Below, piece by piece: positions 1 through 10,007 of a stretch of 64,000 nucleotides of DNA (position 1 is its first letter; every line of letters starts with the position of its first letter). A program made the position numbers and the translations under genes. The stretch is from a bacterium (GTDB lineage: Bacteria; Bacteroidota; Ignavibacteria; UBA10030): NCBI GenBank assembly GCA_043803945.1, contig JAZDJN010000027.1:7931-71930 (forward strand), given 5' to 3'. The notes below the pieces were generated by a model that saw nothing but the letters and a program-made list of their open reading frames with translations, had not been told where the DNA came from and searched no databases.

Positions 1-962
1 CGGAGCCAGACAGTAAATGGTTCACGTTCTGCACTCGGAGTTTTCTTGCGAAGAGATCGGAAAGCATCCCGAGCACGCTCGAGAGTTTGAAATGGCTTGT
101 CAATGGTGCCCGTGTTGTGGTCATTCCCAGTTGGGGAAACAAACGCTTCCTGGGCTTGAATATGTGTGATTATTACGATTGTCAGAAGCAGCGAGAACAT
201 GCAGTTCATGGATTTTCCAGGATATATAAGTATGGATGGAAAGTTGTGGAGGAATGTAAGACGAATGTGTGGGGAAGTCAAGAACAGGTAGGATGCAGAA
301 TCATCGCTTTGCTGCTTCTTATTTTCTCAATGGCCTCTGCTTGACAATAGATCCGATACACGGTAAGTTTCAGGGAGATATATTCTGCTTTGGTGGGTGT
401 ATGATTAACATTATATTCACTACTTAGAAAGCGGAGGATCCAATGAAACGCTTACACTACCACATCATTTCCATCTTTCTACTTTGCGTACTCTCAGACA
501 CCGTCGAAGTAAAACATCTTACTCTAAACGAGAATGGTAAATTAAAAATTGAGAAAACCGGTGTTCTCACCGTCGCTCACTCGGGATCGTTAGACGTCTA
601 TGAGCCATTTGAAAATCAAGGTATAATTCATGTTCGGTGAGGTGGTGCATCGGCGGTAATGGTATTTCAGCCCTCTCGTCCTCTACTTGATTCTCTGTAC
701 GTGAGATGTACTCATCCCACTTCAATTCACTCACCAATGTAACTCAGAAAGAGAAAAGATCTTGATTCAAGAGATTATTCTTGTTTTTGACCTCCCCTTT
801 TTCTCCTCCTTGGCAAGCCTGCCTGCCGCAGGCAGGGAGGGGATATGGGGAGGTTTGGAGTTTATTAGGGAAAAGCTCCATTGATTGATTATCCTTTTTG
901 CGTAACGGGAGTCACTCAGATAAGTTGATAATGCCCTCCTAAGGTAGTATTTTATCAAAGTA

Positions 963-2501
963 ATGATTATTGTAATGCGATTTTTCGTTCTCCTCCTTTT
1001 GTTTTGTCTGCCGCTTTCACAGTGCTTGCCGGCACGGTTCTATGTCGCACCGACGGGGCTCGACACAAATCCCGGTACATTTGAACAACCCTTTGCGACG
1101 ATCACGAAAGCGGTCGCACTTTCTACCTCTGTGCTGCGGCCCGGCGACACCATCTATGTAAGAGGCGGCCAGTACATCTGCACTGCAACGATCTCTATCT
1201 CCAAGAGCGGCACTGATTCATTACGCTACCAGCTTCTCGCGTATCCCGGAGAACGTCCACTCCTCGACTTTTCTTCAATGTCCCGGGACAGTAAAAGTCG
1301 AGGTATGTCTCTGAGCGGCAGATATTGGCATGTCAGCGGTCTGGATATTAAATTTGCTGCTGATAATGGTATGTACATCCAAGGTTCGAATAACATTATT
1401 GAATATTGTTCTTTCTCCGAGAATATGGACACGGGATTGCAGCTCGATAACGGTGCATCGAATAACCGGATCATCAATTGCGATTCTTACTATAATGTCG
1501 ATATCACTCAAGGAGATGCTGATGGCTTTGCACCGAAATTGGGTGTAGGAACGGGTAATTATTTTTATGGCTGCCGTGCCTGGCAAAACTCCGACGACGG
1601 CTGGGATGGCTATATGCGCACTGCCAACGATGTCTCAACCACGCTGGAAAACTGCTGGTGTTTTAAAAATGGGTATCTCAAGAATAGTTCGCCAAGCACC
1701 GGTAATGGGAACGGTTATAAAATGGGAGGCAGCGATACCAAAGTTCTCATTCATAACTTCCTGCTTATCCGGTGCCTTGCCTTTGATAATCGGGTGAAAG
1801 GTTTTGACCAGAATAATAATCGCGGATCGATGACACTCTACAATTGCACCGGCTATCGCAATGGTACCAACTATCAGATTGCCGACACGCTCGCGTACTC
1901 AAAAGGGAAGGTGCTGACGGTAAAGAACTGCGTTGCGCTCGGTACGTATGGCACACTGAGGAGCGGATCAATTCAACAGACGAACAGTTGGATGTCCCCA
2001 TTCTCCACAGTCACAGCGGCAGATTTTTTGAGTATCGATACTCTCGGGATGAGAGGGCCCCGTAAGCCCGATGGCAGTTTACCGGATGTCCGATTTCTTT
2101 TCCCTGCACCTGGCAGTCAACTGATCGATGCCGGCACGGACCTGGGAATGCCATTTAATGGTAAAGCTCCAGACCTGGGGGCTTTTGAGACAGGAGGGAG
2201 TACCACGGAAATTCTACAGGAGAATTCCACACCTCCCCCTTCAGCACTACTTCTCCAATGCTATCCAAATCCTTTCAATTCTTCTACGACTATATCGTTC
2301 ACAGTACCTCAAACTTCATATGTCTCTTTAACCATATTCAATTCGCTCGGTCAGGTTATTGCGCAACTGGTGGATGAAGAAAAAGGAGCAGGTGAATACC
2401 TGATTCACTGGGATGCAGGTTCAATCGCGAGCGGTGTTTATTTTTCGCGTCTCTCTGCTGATGGTCATACAGCGACTAAGAAGATGATCCTGATGCGGTA
2501 A
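963..2501 (+). CDS. Secreted right-handed beta-helix (pectate-lyase-like) protein with T9SS C-terminal sorting domain
   Basis: 512-aa ORF with an N-terminal signal peptide. The beta-helix/pectate-lyase-like motifs are 'ARFYVAPTG...GDTIYVRGGQY' and 'NSDDGWDGY'. The C-terminal ~80 aa, 'CYPNPFNSSTTISF...SGVYFSRL...KKMILMR', is the canonical Por/T9SS CTD pattern. Confidence 0.7.
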   Translation: MIIVMRFFVLLLLFCLPLSQCLPARFYVAPTGLDTNPGTFEQPFATITKAVALSTSVLRPGDTIYVRGGQYICTATISISKSGTDSLRYQLLAYPGERPLLDFSSMSRDSKSRGMSLSGRYWHVSGLDIKFAADNGMYIQGSNNIIEYCSFSENMDTGLQLDNGASNNRIINCDSYYNVDITQGDADGFAPKLGVGTGNYFYGCRAWQNSDDGWDGYMRTANDVSTTLENCWCFKNGYLKNSSPSTGNGNGYKMGGSDTKVLIHNFLLIRCLAFDNRVKGFDQNNNRGSMTLYNCTGYRNGTNYQIADTLAYSKGKVLTVKNCVALGTYGTLRSGSIQQTNSWMSPFSTVTAADFLSIDTLGMRGPRKPDGSLPDVRFLFPAPGSQLIDAGTDLGMPFNGKAPDLGAFETGGSTTEILQENSTPPPSALLLQCYPNPFNSSTTISFTVPQTSYVSLTIFNSLGQVIAQLVDEEKGAGEYLIHWDAGSIASGVYFSRLSADGHTATKKMILMR

Positions 2502-2612
2502 ACCTCCAAGACCTTCGGAAGGTTTTAACTGCTGGGAGGGAGCTCCCGCCAAACAACGGCGGGACAAGCCCTGCTCCCGACCAGCGCGGAATAAATTAAA
2601 ACAAGAAAAAAT

Positions 2613-2756
2613 CAGTGTTCCCAAAATGCTTCAGTTTGGGATCTGCTACGCGGAATTAACATGTAGCGTTTAATTGATCCCCCCGATATAAAGCATCCCG
2701 AAATAAAGCATCGGCACAGGTCGGGGCAAGCCGACAGAAGCACTCGGGGAACACTG
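2613..2756. repeat. MITE-like intergenic repeat, copy 1, with terminal inverted repeats CAGTGTTCCC / GGGAACACTG
   Basis: Directly visible TIRs and an internal hairpin 'cccaaaatgcttcagtttggg'. It is homologous to two tandem copies at 41300-41548. Confidence 0.6.
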
Positions 2757-2934
2757 ATGGGTGGAGGAAATTTATCCCTTCGTCACTAAATACCGCAAGT
2801 CATCTCAAAGTGCTTGACGCTTTGCTCGAAAAGATTAATTTAACCGATAGATTGCTTCTTGACACAAAGATTATCGTGTTTGTTGCACTGCTTGACGGAA
2901 GTTGTACGGCCGGTGATATACTAGAGAGGACTAG

Positions 2935-3693
2935 TTGATGAGAACGATGATTTTCCGTTTTTCCCTCGATTTCATAATTCTCCTGATGTTTACTGCTTGC
3001 AGGGAAGGAGTAGTGTTGCCTCAGACCGTTGATGAGCTGTCGAATTCCACACGTGTGAATTCCACAGCGTTCCAGTTTGTCATCTACGGTGACGTCAGCA
3101 GCAGCCAGGTGTCGGGAGTCTATGAAGCATTGGTATCAAACAATGAGAGGATAAAAAAACATCTTCATGTAACCGACATGCCTCAGGTGAAAATCTCTCT
3201 CTGGTCGGAAGCTCAAAGCAGCGATTTCTACAGCCAGATGAAATCCCGAATCGGTCAGATCTACCCCGGAGCCACGGGCTACACTCCCAGTGCGAGAGAG
3301 ATCTGCCTGCTTTGGAATTCTTCCGCTCCCACTGGAGTAGTGCATGAATATGCTCATCTCGTATCGATTGCTCTCAGGCCGACGATTGGTAATAATCCCC
3401 GCTGGTTGTGGGAGGCAATAGCTCAGTATGAAGCGAGAATGTTCGACCATCCATCACGCTGGTCTTTAGAGCAACGAAAGTTTCCCGGCTTTTCAGCACT
3501 CAATCAGTTCAACTCGGAGTTACCTTATCGCTGGGGATATTATCTCGCGGCATTCATCCTTGAGCGCTGGGGGGATGACGGATATATTAATCTCATCCTG
3601 ACCAACGGAAATATTTCCAATTCGCTTGGCGCGACGGAGAAGGAATTTGGAATTCTCATGGAAGAGTATATCAAGCGGCTTGTGAATTCATGA
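2935..3693 (+). CDS. Peptidase MA-like (zincin, HExxH...E) lipoprotein
   Basis: Signal peptide plus lipobox (LLMFTAC). The motif 'VVHEYAHLV' is followed ~20 aa later by 'PRWLWEAIAQYEA', the HExxH-(n)-P.WL.EG.A.Y pattern of the Peptidase_MA_2-like family. Confidence 0.5.
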   Translation: MMRTMIFRFSLDFIILLMFTACREGVVLPQTVDELSNSTRVNSTAFQFVIYGDVSSSQVSGVYEALVSNNERIKKHLHVTDMPQVKISLWSEAQSSDFYSQMKSRIGQIYPGATGYTPSAREICLLWNSSAPTGVVHEYAHLVSIALRPTIGNNPRWLWEAIAQYEARMFDHPSRWSLEQRKFPGFSALNQFNSELPYRWGYYLAAFILERWGDDGYINLILTNGNISNSLGATEKEFGILMEEYIKRLVNS

Positions 3694-3754
3694 AAGGGAG
3701 GAGACGACGGTCCAAATCTGCTAAACCTTCAACTTGAAACCTGTAATTACTTTG

Positions 3755-4582
3755 CTATTGCAGGTACACCTGATAATTCCGTTGGGCTTGCGCACTGAAG
3801 TAACCCAAAGCGTTATTTGAGAGATTGGATTTTGGATTGAAGTCTTTGATTTTAAAAAAGTCGGACACTTCGATGTCGCCTTCGCCTATAATCTCTCTGA
3901 GTGAATGGAAATACTCATAAGTTGCCTTGTCAATAGAGATCAGCTCAATACGAATTACATTGCCGGTTGGAGAAAACGAAGGGCTGTTGACAATTACCTG
4001 CTGACCGTCAGAATATTTATCGCTGTAGAGTGTCCAATAGAATGAAGTGCTGTTCTGGTTGTACGCTTTGATCAGGCAGTATTCTTCAACCCCCGGTTTG
4101 TTTGTGAGATAATATTGAAGTTTGGTCTCACTGAAAAATCCCCAAAATGTATTGACATCAGTGTGTTTGATGGAATCCATCGTCATTGGCGACGGCATGT
4201 TTGAAACGGCAGTGTACTGCATACCGTTTACCTCGACTCTTAGAGTATAGATCCGCGGGGCAATCGGGTACGTTTTGGCAGGGAGATAGAGTCCAGGTTG
4301 TGTTTCAGCGAGAGTCTCGCTATTGCCGGCATCATCGCTTATGGTGACCTGCGCTCCGCGAATATCTTTTGGCTGCGACTTTTGGAAGATACTTTCGGTC
4401 ATGCTGATCTTGATCTTGTTCAGAGTGTGATTATCCGAGAGAACACCCTCGATAACAATTTGGTCGTGAACCTCATCGAGATCGATGTCGATTACTTCCT
4501 CGCAGGAGAGAAAGAGGAGCGAAATCAGCAGAATGGCGGCGTGCCGGAATGATTTCGAACGGCCTCTTCGAATTGTTCCCAT
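3755..4582 (-). CDS. DUF4249-like lipoprotein, the usual partner encoded downstream of CarbopepD_reg TonB-dependent receptors
   Basis: 275 aa with a lipoprotein signal (LLFLSCEE). It lies immediately downstream of the TonB-dependent receptor on the same strand with an 8-bp gap. Confidence 0.45.
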   Translation of the reverse strand: MGTIRRGRSKSFRHAAILLISLLFLSCEEVIDIDLDEVHDQIVIEGVLSDNHTLNKIKISMTESIFQKSQPKDIRGAQVTISDDAGNSETLAETQPGLYLPAKTYPIAPRIYTLRVEVNGMQYTAVSNMPSPMTMDSIKHTDVNTFWGFFSETKLQYYLTNKPGVEEYCLIKAYNQNSTSFYWTLYSDKYSDGQQVIVNSPSFSPTGNVIRIELISIDKATYEYFHSLREIIGEGDIEVSDFFKIKDFNPKSNLSNNALGYFSAQAQRNYQVYLQ

Positions 4583-4589
4583 AGTTCTT

Positions 4590-7220
4590 CTACAAAGTAA
4601 ATGTGTAGCTGAGCGATGGAATCATAGGGAATAACGAAAGTTTTACTGCTTCCTTCATACCCGGTTGATTAGATTTATCGCGGAAGAGCACAGTATAAAT
4701 GTTCCGCCTTCCAAGCGCGTTATAAAAATTCAGGCTCCAAATTCCCCCGCCATCGGTGATGTAGGTAACCCCCAGATCGAGGCGATGATACGAGGGGAGG
4801 CGGTATCCATTCCGTTCTGTGTATGCCAGCACCTCTTTGCCAAACACAGAATACCTGCCATAGGGCAATGTTATGTTAAATCCGGAGGCGTAAATAGAAT
4901 TTGCCGAGAATGACCAATGATCGCTCACTTTGTATTGAGCAACAATATTCAGTTCGTGGGTCTTGTCGTTCGCGGCAAAGTAGGGCTGACCTCCATTGAT
5001 TTGCTCAAACTCTCGTTTCGATGTCGAGAGCGTGTAGGCAATCCAACCTGTCAGGTTTCCGGAATTCTTTTTTACAAGAAGTTCTGTACCGTACGCCCAT
5101 CCCTTGCCGAAGACTAATTCAGAGTCGAAGTAATTCTTAAAAAGAAAATTCGCTCCATCTTTGTAATCAATCTGGTTTCTGAGATCTTTGTAGTAGATCT
5201 CCGCTGAAAGTTCGCATGTGTTATCAAGAACAGATCTGACATAGCCCATTGAGATTTGATCGGAGATTTGCGGCTTGATGGCGGAGCTGCTGGGCTGCCA
5301 GATATCGAGTGGAGTGCCGGAATTCGAATTGCTGAGCATGTGTAAATATTGGAAATTTCTGGCATAACCAGCTTTTATAGAACTGAATTCGTCCAGCGTG
5401 AATGTAGCACTAATTCTGGGCTGGAGATTGGCGTACGTCTGATCTTCTTTGCGATGGAAATCGATATACAATTCGCCTGCATCCTCGATATCGAAATTAT
5501 CCGCTTCTCCCGCAACAGTAAAAAGACTTGCACGAATACCATATTCCAGTTTGATGTTATCATTCCAGGTGTGCTCGTGAGAGGCATAGGTATTAAACTC
5601 GTTCGCGGTCTTTTTCCCAATGGTAAATTTGTAATTCGCACTTCCCATCACGGAAAACTGAGCAGGGAGAAATGAGTGATGGATATAGTTAAGGCCAAAG
5701 CCGAAGGTGTTCTGTGCATCCTGAAAATATTCGAAGTCTTCCTTCAATGCGATATTGGAGACTTCGGAGATCCACTCTACATGATCGTCATCCTGGGCTT
5801 CTCCGCCGGCGTCGAGTTGATACTTAAAATTACTGAGGATGAGCGAGGAATTCAGGAAGAGTTTATTGCTGAACAAGTGATTCCATCGTACTGTGCCGGT
5901 TGAATTGCCCCAGTTCATATCGAACGCATCCGAAAATCCTATGCCGTCTCTTCCGAAGTACCCCGAGAGATAGACTCTGTCTCTCTCATTGATTTTATAA
6001 TTCACTTTCGCGTTGAGATCATAAAAATGGAACTTCGCATCGCTCGCATCGCTTGAGAGCGCTGTGAAAAAATCGAAGTACGTGCGCCTGCCGGAAATCA
6101 GGAAAGAGGCTTTGTCGTTCAGGATGGGCCCCTCCAGCATCAGCCGGGAAAAGATAAGGCCGATGCCGGCTGTCCCGTTGAACTCTTTCATGTTCCCCTC
6201 CTTCATTTGCATGTCGATCACGGAAGAGACTCTGCCGCCATACTTTGCCGGAGCGGTACCCTTCATCATTCGTACATTGCGAATCGCATCGGAATTGAAG
6301 ATGGAGAAGAGGCCGAAGGTATGGAATGGACTGTAGATGGTAGCTTCATCGAGCAGGAGGAGATTTTGATCGGCATTGCCGCCGCGGACATAGATGCCGC
6401 AATCGCCTTCACGCGGATTGCTCACTCCGGGCAGCAGTTGGAGAATCTTCAGCAGGTCTTGCTCACCGAGGAGCAATGGGATGGTACTGAGTTGACTTGG
6501 ATTCAATTGCACAGTTCCAAGCCGGGGTGAGCGAGGGGAGAGTTCTTCGAACTCCGCAACGACAACAACGGTATCGATCTTAATGGAGGAACTTTGTAAA
6601 TGAACATTGTTTGTGACATCGGATTCCAGTTCAATCAATACCTCCGAAGTGATATAGCCCATGTACCTGAACTGAACAATATAATTACCCGGGGAGAGTG
6701 TGATTGAATAAAAACCGTATGCATTGGCTGTCGTACCGAGAGTAAGGTCTCGCAAGTAGACTGTAGCGCCCAACAGCGCTTCTCCGCTTTCTGCATCTGT
6801 AATGTAACCGCTCATCGTGAACGACTCTCCCAAAGCTGCACCGGAGCGGCTTTTCTTTTTCACGAGGATCACCTGGTTCTTGTTCATCACGATAATATCG
6901 ATGCTTTCGTCGTGCAGGATTTCCTTTAGTACGAGGAAAGCCGGTTGATGATCCATGGAGAGCGTCACCGTGGTTTCTTTATTCAGGAGGTTCTCGTTAT
7001 AATTTAATTTGAATTGGCCTTTCTCTGCAACAGTGTGCAGGGCTTCTTTCAAGGGTACGTTCTTGAACTGAACAGAAATTGAATCTAACAAAGCCAGCGG
7101 CACCTGTACATTCCTTGAGTCAACGATGGGGTGCTGTTGCCCGATCATCGTAGAAGTTCCTGCAACCAGAACAAGGAAAAGTATCCAGCATTGTCTCGGT
7201 ATGTTGATTTGGATTTCCAT
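4590..7220 (-). CDS. TonB-dependent receptor/transducer (N-terminal STN signalling domain, carboxypeptidase-regulatory-like domain, plug, beta-barrel)
   Basis: 876 aa. The N-terminal STN-like region is 'VPLALLDSISVQFKNVPLKEALHTVAEKGQFKLNYN'. The CarbopepD_reg region is 'SGYITDAESGEALLGATVYLRDL...GNYIVQFRYMGY'. The plug motifs are 'GVSNPREGDCGIYVRGGNADQNLLLLDEATIYSP...KGTAPAKYGGRVSSVIDM'. The protein has a long C-terminal beta-barrel ending in an aromatic-rich terminus, 'YTFTL'. Confidence 0.8.
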   Translation of the reverse strand: MEIQINIPRQCWILFLVLVAGTSTMIGQQHPIVDSRNVQVPLALLDSISVQFKNVPLKEALHTVAEKGQFKLNYNENLLNKETTVTLSMDHQPAFLVLKEILHDESIDIIVMNKNQVILVKKKSRSGAALGESFTMSGYITDAESGEALLGATVYLRDLTLGTTANAYGFYSITLSPGNYIVQFRYMGYITSEVLIELESDVTNNVHLQSSSIKIDTVVVVAEFEELSPRSPRLGTVQLNPSQLSTIPLLLGEQDLLKILQLLPGVSNPREGDCGIYVRGGNADQNLLLLDEATIYSPFHTFGLFSIFNSDAIRNVRMMKGTAPAKYGGRVSSVIDMQMKEGNMKEFNGTAGIGLIFSRLMLEGPILNDKASFLISGRRTYFDFFTALSSDASDAKFHFYDLNAKVNYKINERDRVYLSGYFGRDGIGFSDAFDMNWGNSTGTVRWNHLFSNKLFLNSSLILSNFKYQLDAGGEAQDDDHVEWISEVSNIALKEDFEYFQDAQNTFGFGLNYIHHSFLPAQFSVMGSANYKFTIGKKTANEFNTYASHEHTWNDNIKLEYGIRASLFTVAGEADNFDIEDAGELYIDFHRKEDQTYANLQPRISATFTLDEFSSIKAGYARNFQYLHMLSNSNSGTPLDIWQPSSSAIKPQISDQISMGYVRSVLDNTCELSAEIYYKDLRNQIDYKDGANFLFKNYFDSELVFGKGWAYGTELLVKKNSGNLTGWIAYTLSTSKREFEQINGGQPYFAANDKTHELNIVAQYKVSDHWSFSANSIYASGFNITLPYGRYSVFGKEVLAYTERNGYRLPSYHRLDLGVTYITDGGGIWSLNFYNALGRRNIYTVLFRDKSNQPGMKEAVKLSLFPMIPSLSYTFTL

Positions 7221-7244
7221 TCGGATATACCGATAAGAGAAGAC

Positions 7245-8000
7245 TCAGTTCACTTTCTGAATGATTGAACCGCCGCTGATCGTTGTTCTGCGGATGACAG
7301 GATTTCCTTTATATTTAAGAATCGATCCTCCGCTCAATGTCAGATCGAGAATATCGGAGACCTGAATATTGCTGATGCTTCCGCCGCTGAGTGAGACATC
7401 GCAATTCTTCACAGGAAAATTGAAGAGATTGAACACTGTGCCGCCGCTTCCATATAATCGCATTTCGCTTGCACTACCAGTCAAGTCGACGACGCTCGCA
7501 CCGGTTAAATTAAAGTTTACTTCCGTCGCTGTCAAATATCCTCTAATCACACTTGCCCCGGAGGATACGATGTCTATTCCGTTGTTAAGGTCGAATCCTT
7601 CCAATGTCACGGAAGCTGCACCGTTAATATTGAGAGAGGAGAGATCGGGTGATTCGATTGTGACGTCGAATGTGATATTTTTATAGCTCTTGTTATCCAA
7701 TCCAATCGATACTTCATTGGACGATTGATAGGCGTTCATGTATTTCTCAATATTATCGTCGAGTGCAATCTGTATCGAGTACGTAGAGCTTTTCCTTATC
7801 TTGGCCTTTGCAGAATTATTCAAGAGGATCTTTGAAAAATTCTTAAATGGGAATGTGGCCGTGATGATCTTCCCGGAGCCGATAATGGCATCCCGATCGT
7901 TGTCATTATCGGGCCCGTTCATCGAATCAATTACTATGCAGCCTGTGAAGGAGAGAATCAGGGTGGTCAGTATTGTGAGGCTAAAAGTTCGATAGTTCAT
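7245..8000 (-). CDS. DUF2807/DUF4097-like lipoprotein (putative adhesin head GIN domain)
   Basis: Lipoprotein signal (FTGC). The C-terminal half contains repeated 'LSGGSI' / 'TGASVV' beta-solenoid-like repeats typical of DUF2807. Confidence 0.5.
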   Translation of the reverse strand: MNYRTFSLTILTTLILSFTGCIVIDSMNGPDNDNDRDAIIGSGKIITATFPFKNFSKILLNNSAKAKIRKSSTYSIQIALDDNIEKYMNAYQSSNEVSIGLDNKSYKNITFDVTIESPDLSSLNINGAASVTLEGFDLNNGIDIVSSGASVIRGYLTATEVNFNLTGASVVDLTGSASEMRLYGSGGTVFNLFNFPVKNCDVSLSGGSISNIQVSDILDLTLSGGSILKYKGNPVIRRTTISGGSIIQKVN

Positions 8001-8036
8001 TGGTCCTCCGATGAAAAGAAATATGATGGATGTCTA

Positions 8037-8738
8037 CTATTCGCTGATGTGTACTGGAAAAGTGAATCCGAGATTGATGCTGAATCCTTTACTTTTATAG
8101 ACTGCATGGTTCAGGATATTCCCGCCTAATATTTCATCCGCAAATTCACCGTTGATTCTTCCACTCTTGATAATATTGTTTAAGCCATGGCTGTACCGTG
8201 CCTCGAAAGAGAGATCGAGAAATTCGTCAATCTGATACATCAGACCACCGCCCAATTCCAGAGAATATTCAAGGTCATCCACCAGATCGTTGGCATCGGC
8301 TTCAAGTTCGATCTGCGCAAACGGGAGTCCCTGGATCTCTGCCCCTAAGCTGGATGAGAGGTTGATCCCAAGCGTTGGTCCGAAAAGGATGTACGGCTTA
8401 AGCTTATTGCCCACAGAATATTTCACGAGAAGGGGAAGTTCCAGGTATGACAGATTGAATGAGATGGTCGGAGAGAACACCAGCGTGTGAAATGGGCTCG
8501 CGGATGTCTCTTTCTCGATGTATGTCGGATTTAGCAACACTGAGAGATTCCTTGTCAATGGGATATCAAGAACTGCTCCGAATGTATGCGTAGGTCGACT
8601 GACAGCATTTGAATAGTAGAAGTTGCTCTGGTTCGCCTGGGAGAAATGAAATCCCCCGTTGAGTCCAAGATGCACTTGCGCCGTGAGTGTATGGAAGACG
8701 AAGAGAAATACGATTGGAAGAAATTTTAATCTGGTCAT
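8037..8738 (-). CDS. Outer-membrane beta-barrel (OmpA/OmpW-like porin family) protein
   Basis: 233 aa with a signal peptide. Alternating hydrophobic beta-strand pattern and a C-terminal aromatic-rich strand, 'GFTFPVHISE'. Confidence 0.45.
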   Translation of the reverse strand: MTRLKFLPIVFLFVFHTLTAQVHLGLNGGFHFSQANQSNFYYSNAVSRPTHTFGAVLDIPLTRNLSVLLNPTYIEKETSASPFHTLVFSPTISFNLSYLELPLLVKYSVGNKLKPYILFGPTLGINLSSSLGAEIQGLPFAQIELEADANDLVDDLEYSLELGGGLMYQIDEFLDLSFEARYSHGLNNIIKSGRINGEFADEILGGNILNHAVYKSKGFSINLGFTFPVHISE

Positions 8739-8885
8739 GGCATGTCACCTTTTTTTATCGTTTGTAAGGGGTTCTTTCTCTTAAGACAAACGAGGAAGTG
8801 TTTTGGGTGACGAGCGATTGGGAGACTTAATAATATTCTTATCCTGGGATCGAGCTGTCTCATAACGTCCGGTGAGGGTAGAGAT

Positions 8886-9917
8886 TCATTGAGGCACAAA
8901 ACGGATTGTGTCTCCATGCTGCTTATAGGTACTACCGAGGAGGATAGAGAGAAGATGCAGGTTATCCTCAAGGGGTTTATTTTCGATAAAGATCGTAATG
9001 CGATTTTGATAGAGTGCACTATCGGCAGCCACGATCTGAATCTGGTACCATCGCTCTAATTGCTGGAAGACCTCCTTGATTGGAGTGTTTTGGAAATATT
9101 TCTCTTTCTTCATCCATGAAATATAGTTTGAGAAATCAATTTCTGCCGGAGGGGAGAGAGAACCTCCTTCTCCCAATGTGCTCATGGTGTTTTTCGTTAA
9201 ATAGACTACCGCCGCCGTATCGGTATTCCCTTCCGTCTGGAACGAAATCCTTCCTTCGTTAACGGCAACAACGATGTTCCGGTTTGCCTCCCAGGCACGG
9301 ATGGCAAATAGTGTTCCGAGAACTTCGATCTTTCCTCCGTTCGCATGGACGATGAAAGGTTTGTCGGCATTCTTTGCCGCCTCGAAGTACGCTTCACCCT
9401 GCAGATACACCTCTCGGAGATCAGTGTTGTTAAAACTCTGAGGATATGTCAAGGAGCTGCCCGCATCAACCGTGATTCTGGATCCATCGGAGAGGACCAA
9501 GCTCTGCATAGTGTTTGATGTCAATGTGACTTTTTCGGCATCTCTCTCCGAAATAGAATTCAGATACAGATAGAGTGCTCCAAACATTATGATCAGTACA
9601 GCAGCAGCGCGTAATGCAGGGGAGTGGAACGGAGTTGCATAGTGCGGCCTCTTCCTTCCAGATTGCGGGAGATGGAGTATGTTTGTACTCCTCACGGAAT
9701 CGGTTTGTTCAATTCTGGAGAGGACACTCTTCAATGCCTTTTCAGTATCTGGTTTAGGAACTGCTGAGCGATGTTCAAACCAAGCTGCCTTAATGCGATC
9801 GTAGAATTTCCGGTTTTCTTCACTCTCGGCAATCCATTCGGCGAGCCGTTGTTCGTCGCTTTCAGATGAAACGCCGGTTAAATGATTGATGAGTATGTCC
9901 AGGTCAAACGATTTCAT
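8886..9917 (-). CDS. FecR-family anti-sigma factor (transmembrane sensor)
   Basis: 343 aa. The N-terminal cytoplasmic region 'HLTGVSSESDEQRLAEWIAESEENRKFYDRIKAAW' is typical of Bacteroidota FecR. It has a single TM and a periplasmic FecR/DUF4974-like C-terminal region, and lies directly downstream of the ECF sigma gene. Confidence 0.75.
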   Translation of the reverse strand: MKSFDLDILINHLTGVSSESDEQRLAEWIAESEENRKFYDRIKAAWFEHRSAVPKPDTEKALKSVLSRIEQTDSVRSTNILHLPQSGRKRPHYATPFHSPALRAAAVLIIMFGALYLYLNSISERDAEKVTLTSNTMQSLVLSDGSRITVDAGSSLTYPQSFNNTDLREVYLQGEAYFEAAKNADKPFIVHANGGKIEVLGTLFAIRAWEANRNIVVAVNEGRISFQTEGNTDTAAVVYLTKNTMSTLGEGGSLSPPAEIDFSNYISWMKKEKYFQNTPIKEVFQQLERWYQIQIVAADSALYQNRITIFIENKPLEDNLHLLSILLGSTYKQHGDTIRFVPQ

Positions 9918-10007
9918 CGAGTCTATGGTGTAAACGTATCCGTTACAGTGATGACAATTATAAGAGTCTAAAGGGTGACAACATGTTATTCCAAAATGAA
10001 AAATTTA

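Noticed and set aside
87-958. Short ORFs at the window start (87..344+, 443..640+, 767..958-).
   Set aside because: They are small and lack recognisable motifs. 443..640 has a signal-like N-terminus but is only 65 aa, and the first ORF may be the tail of a gene truncated by the window edge. There is not enough evidence to call them.
1226-2001. Several 70-100 aa ORFs on both strands (1226..1477-, 1275..1586-, 1330..1548+, 1567..1797+, 1765..2001-) lie inside the pectate-lyase-like gene.
   Set aside because: They are fully nested in or antisense to a long, well-supported CDS (963..2501). They show no signal of their own and are typical shadow ORFs.
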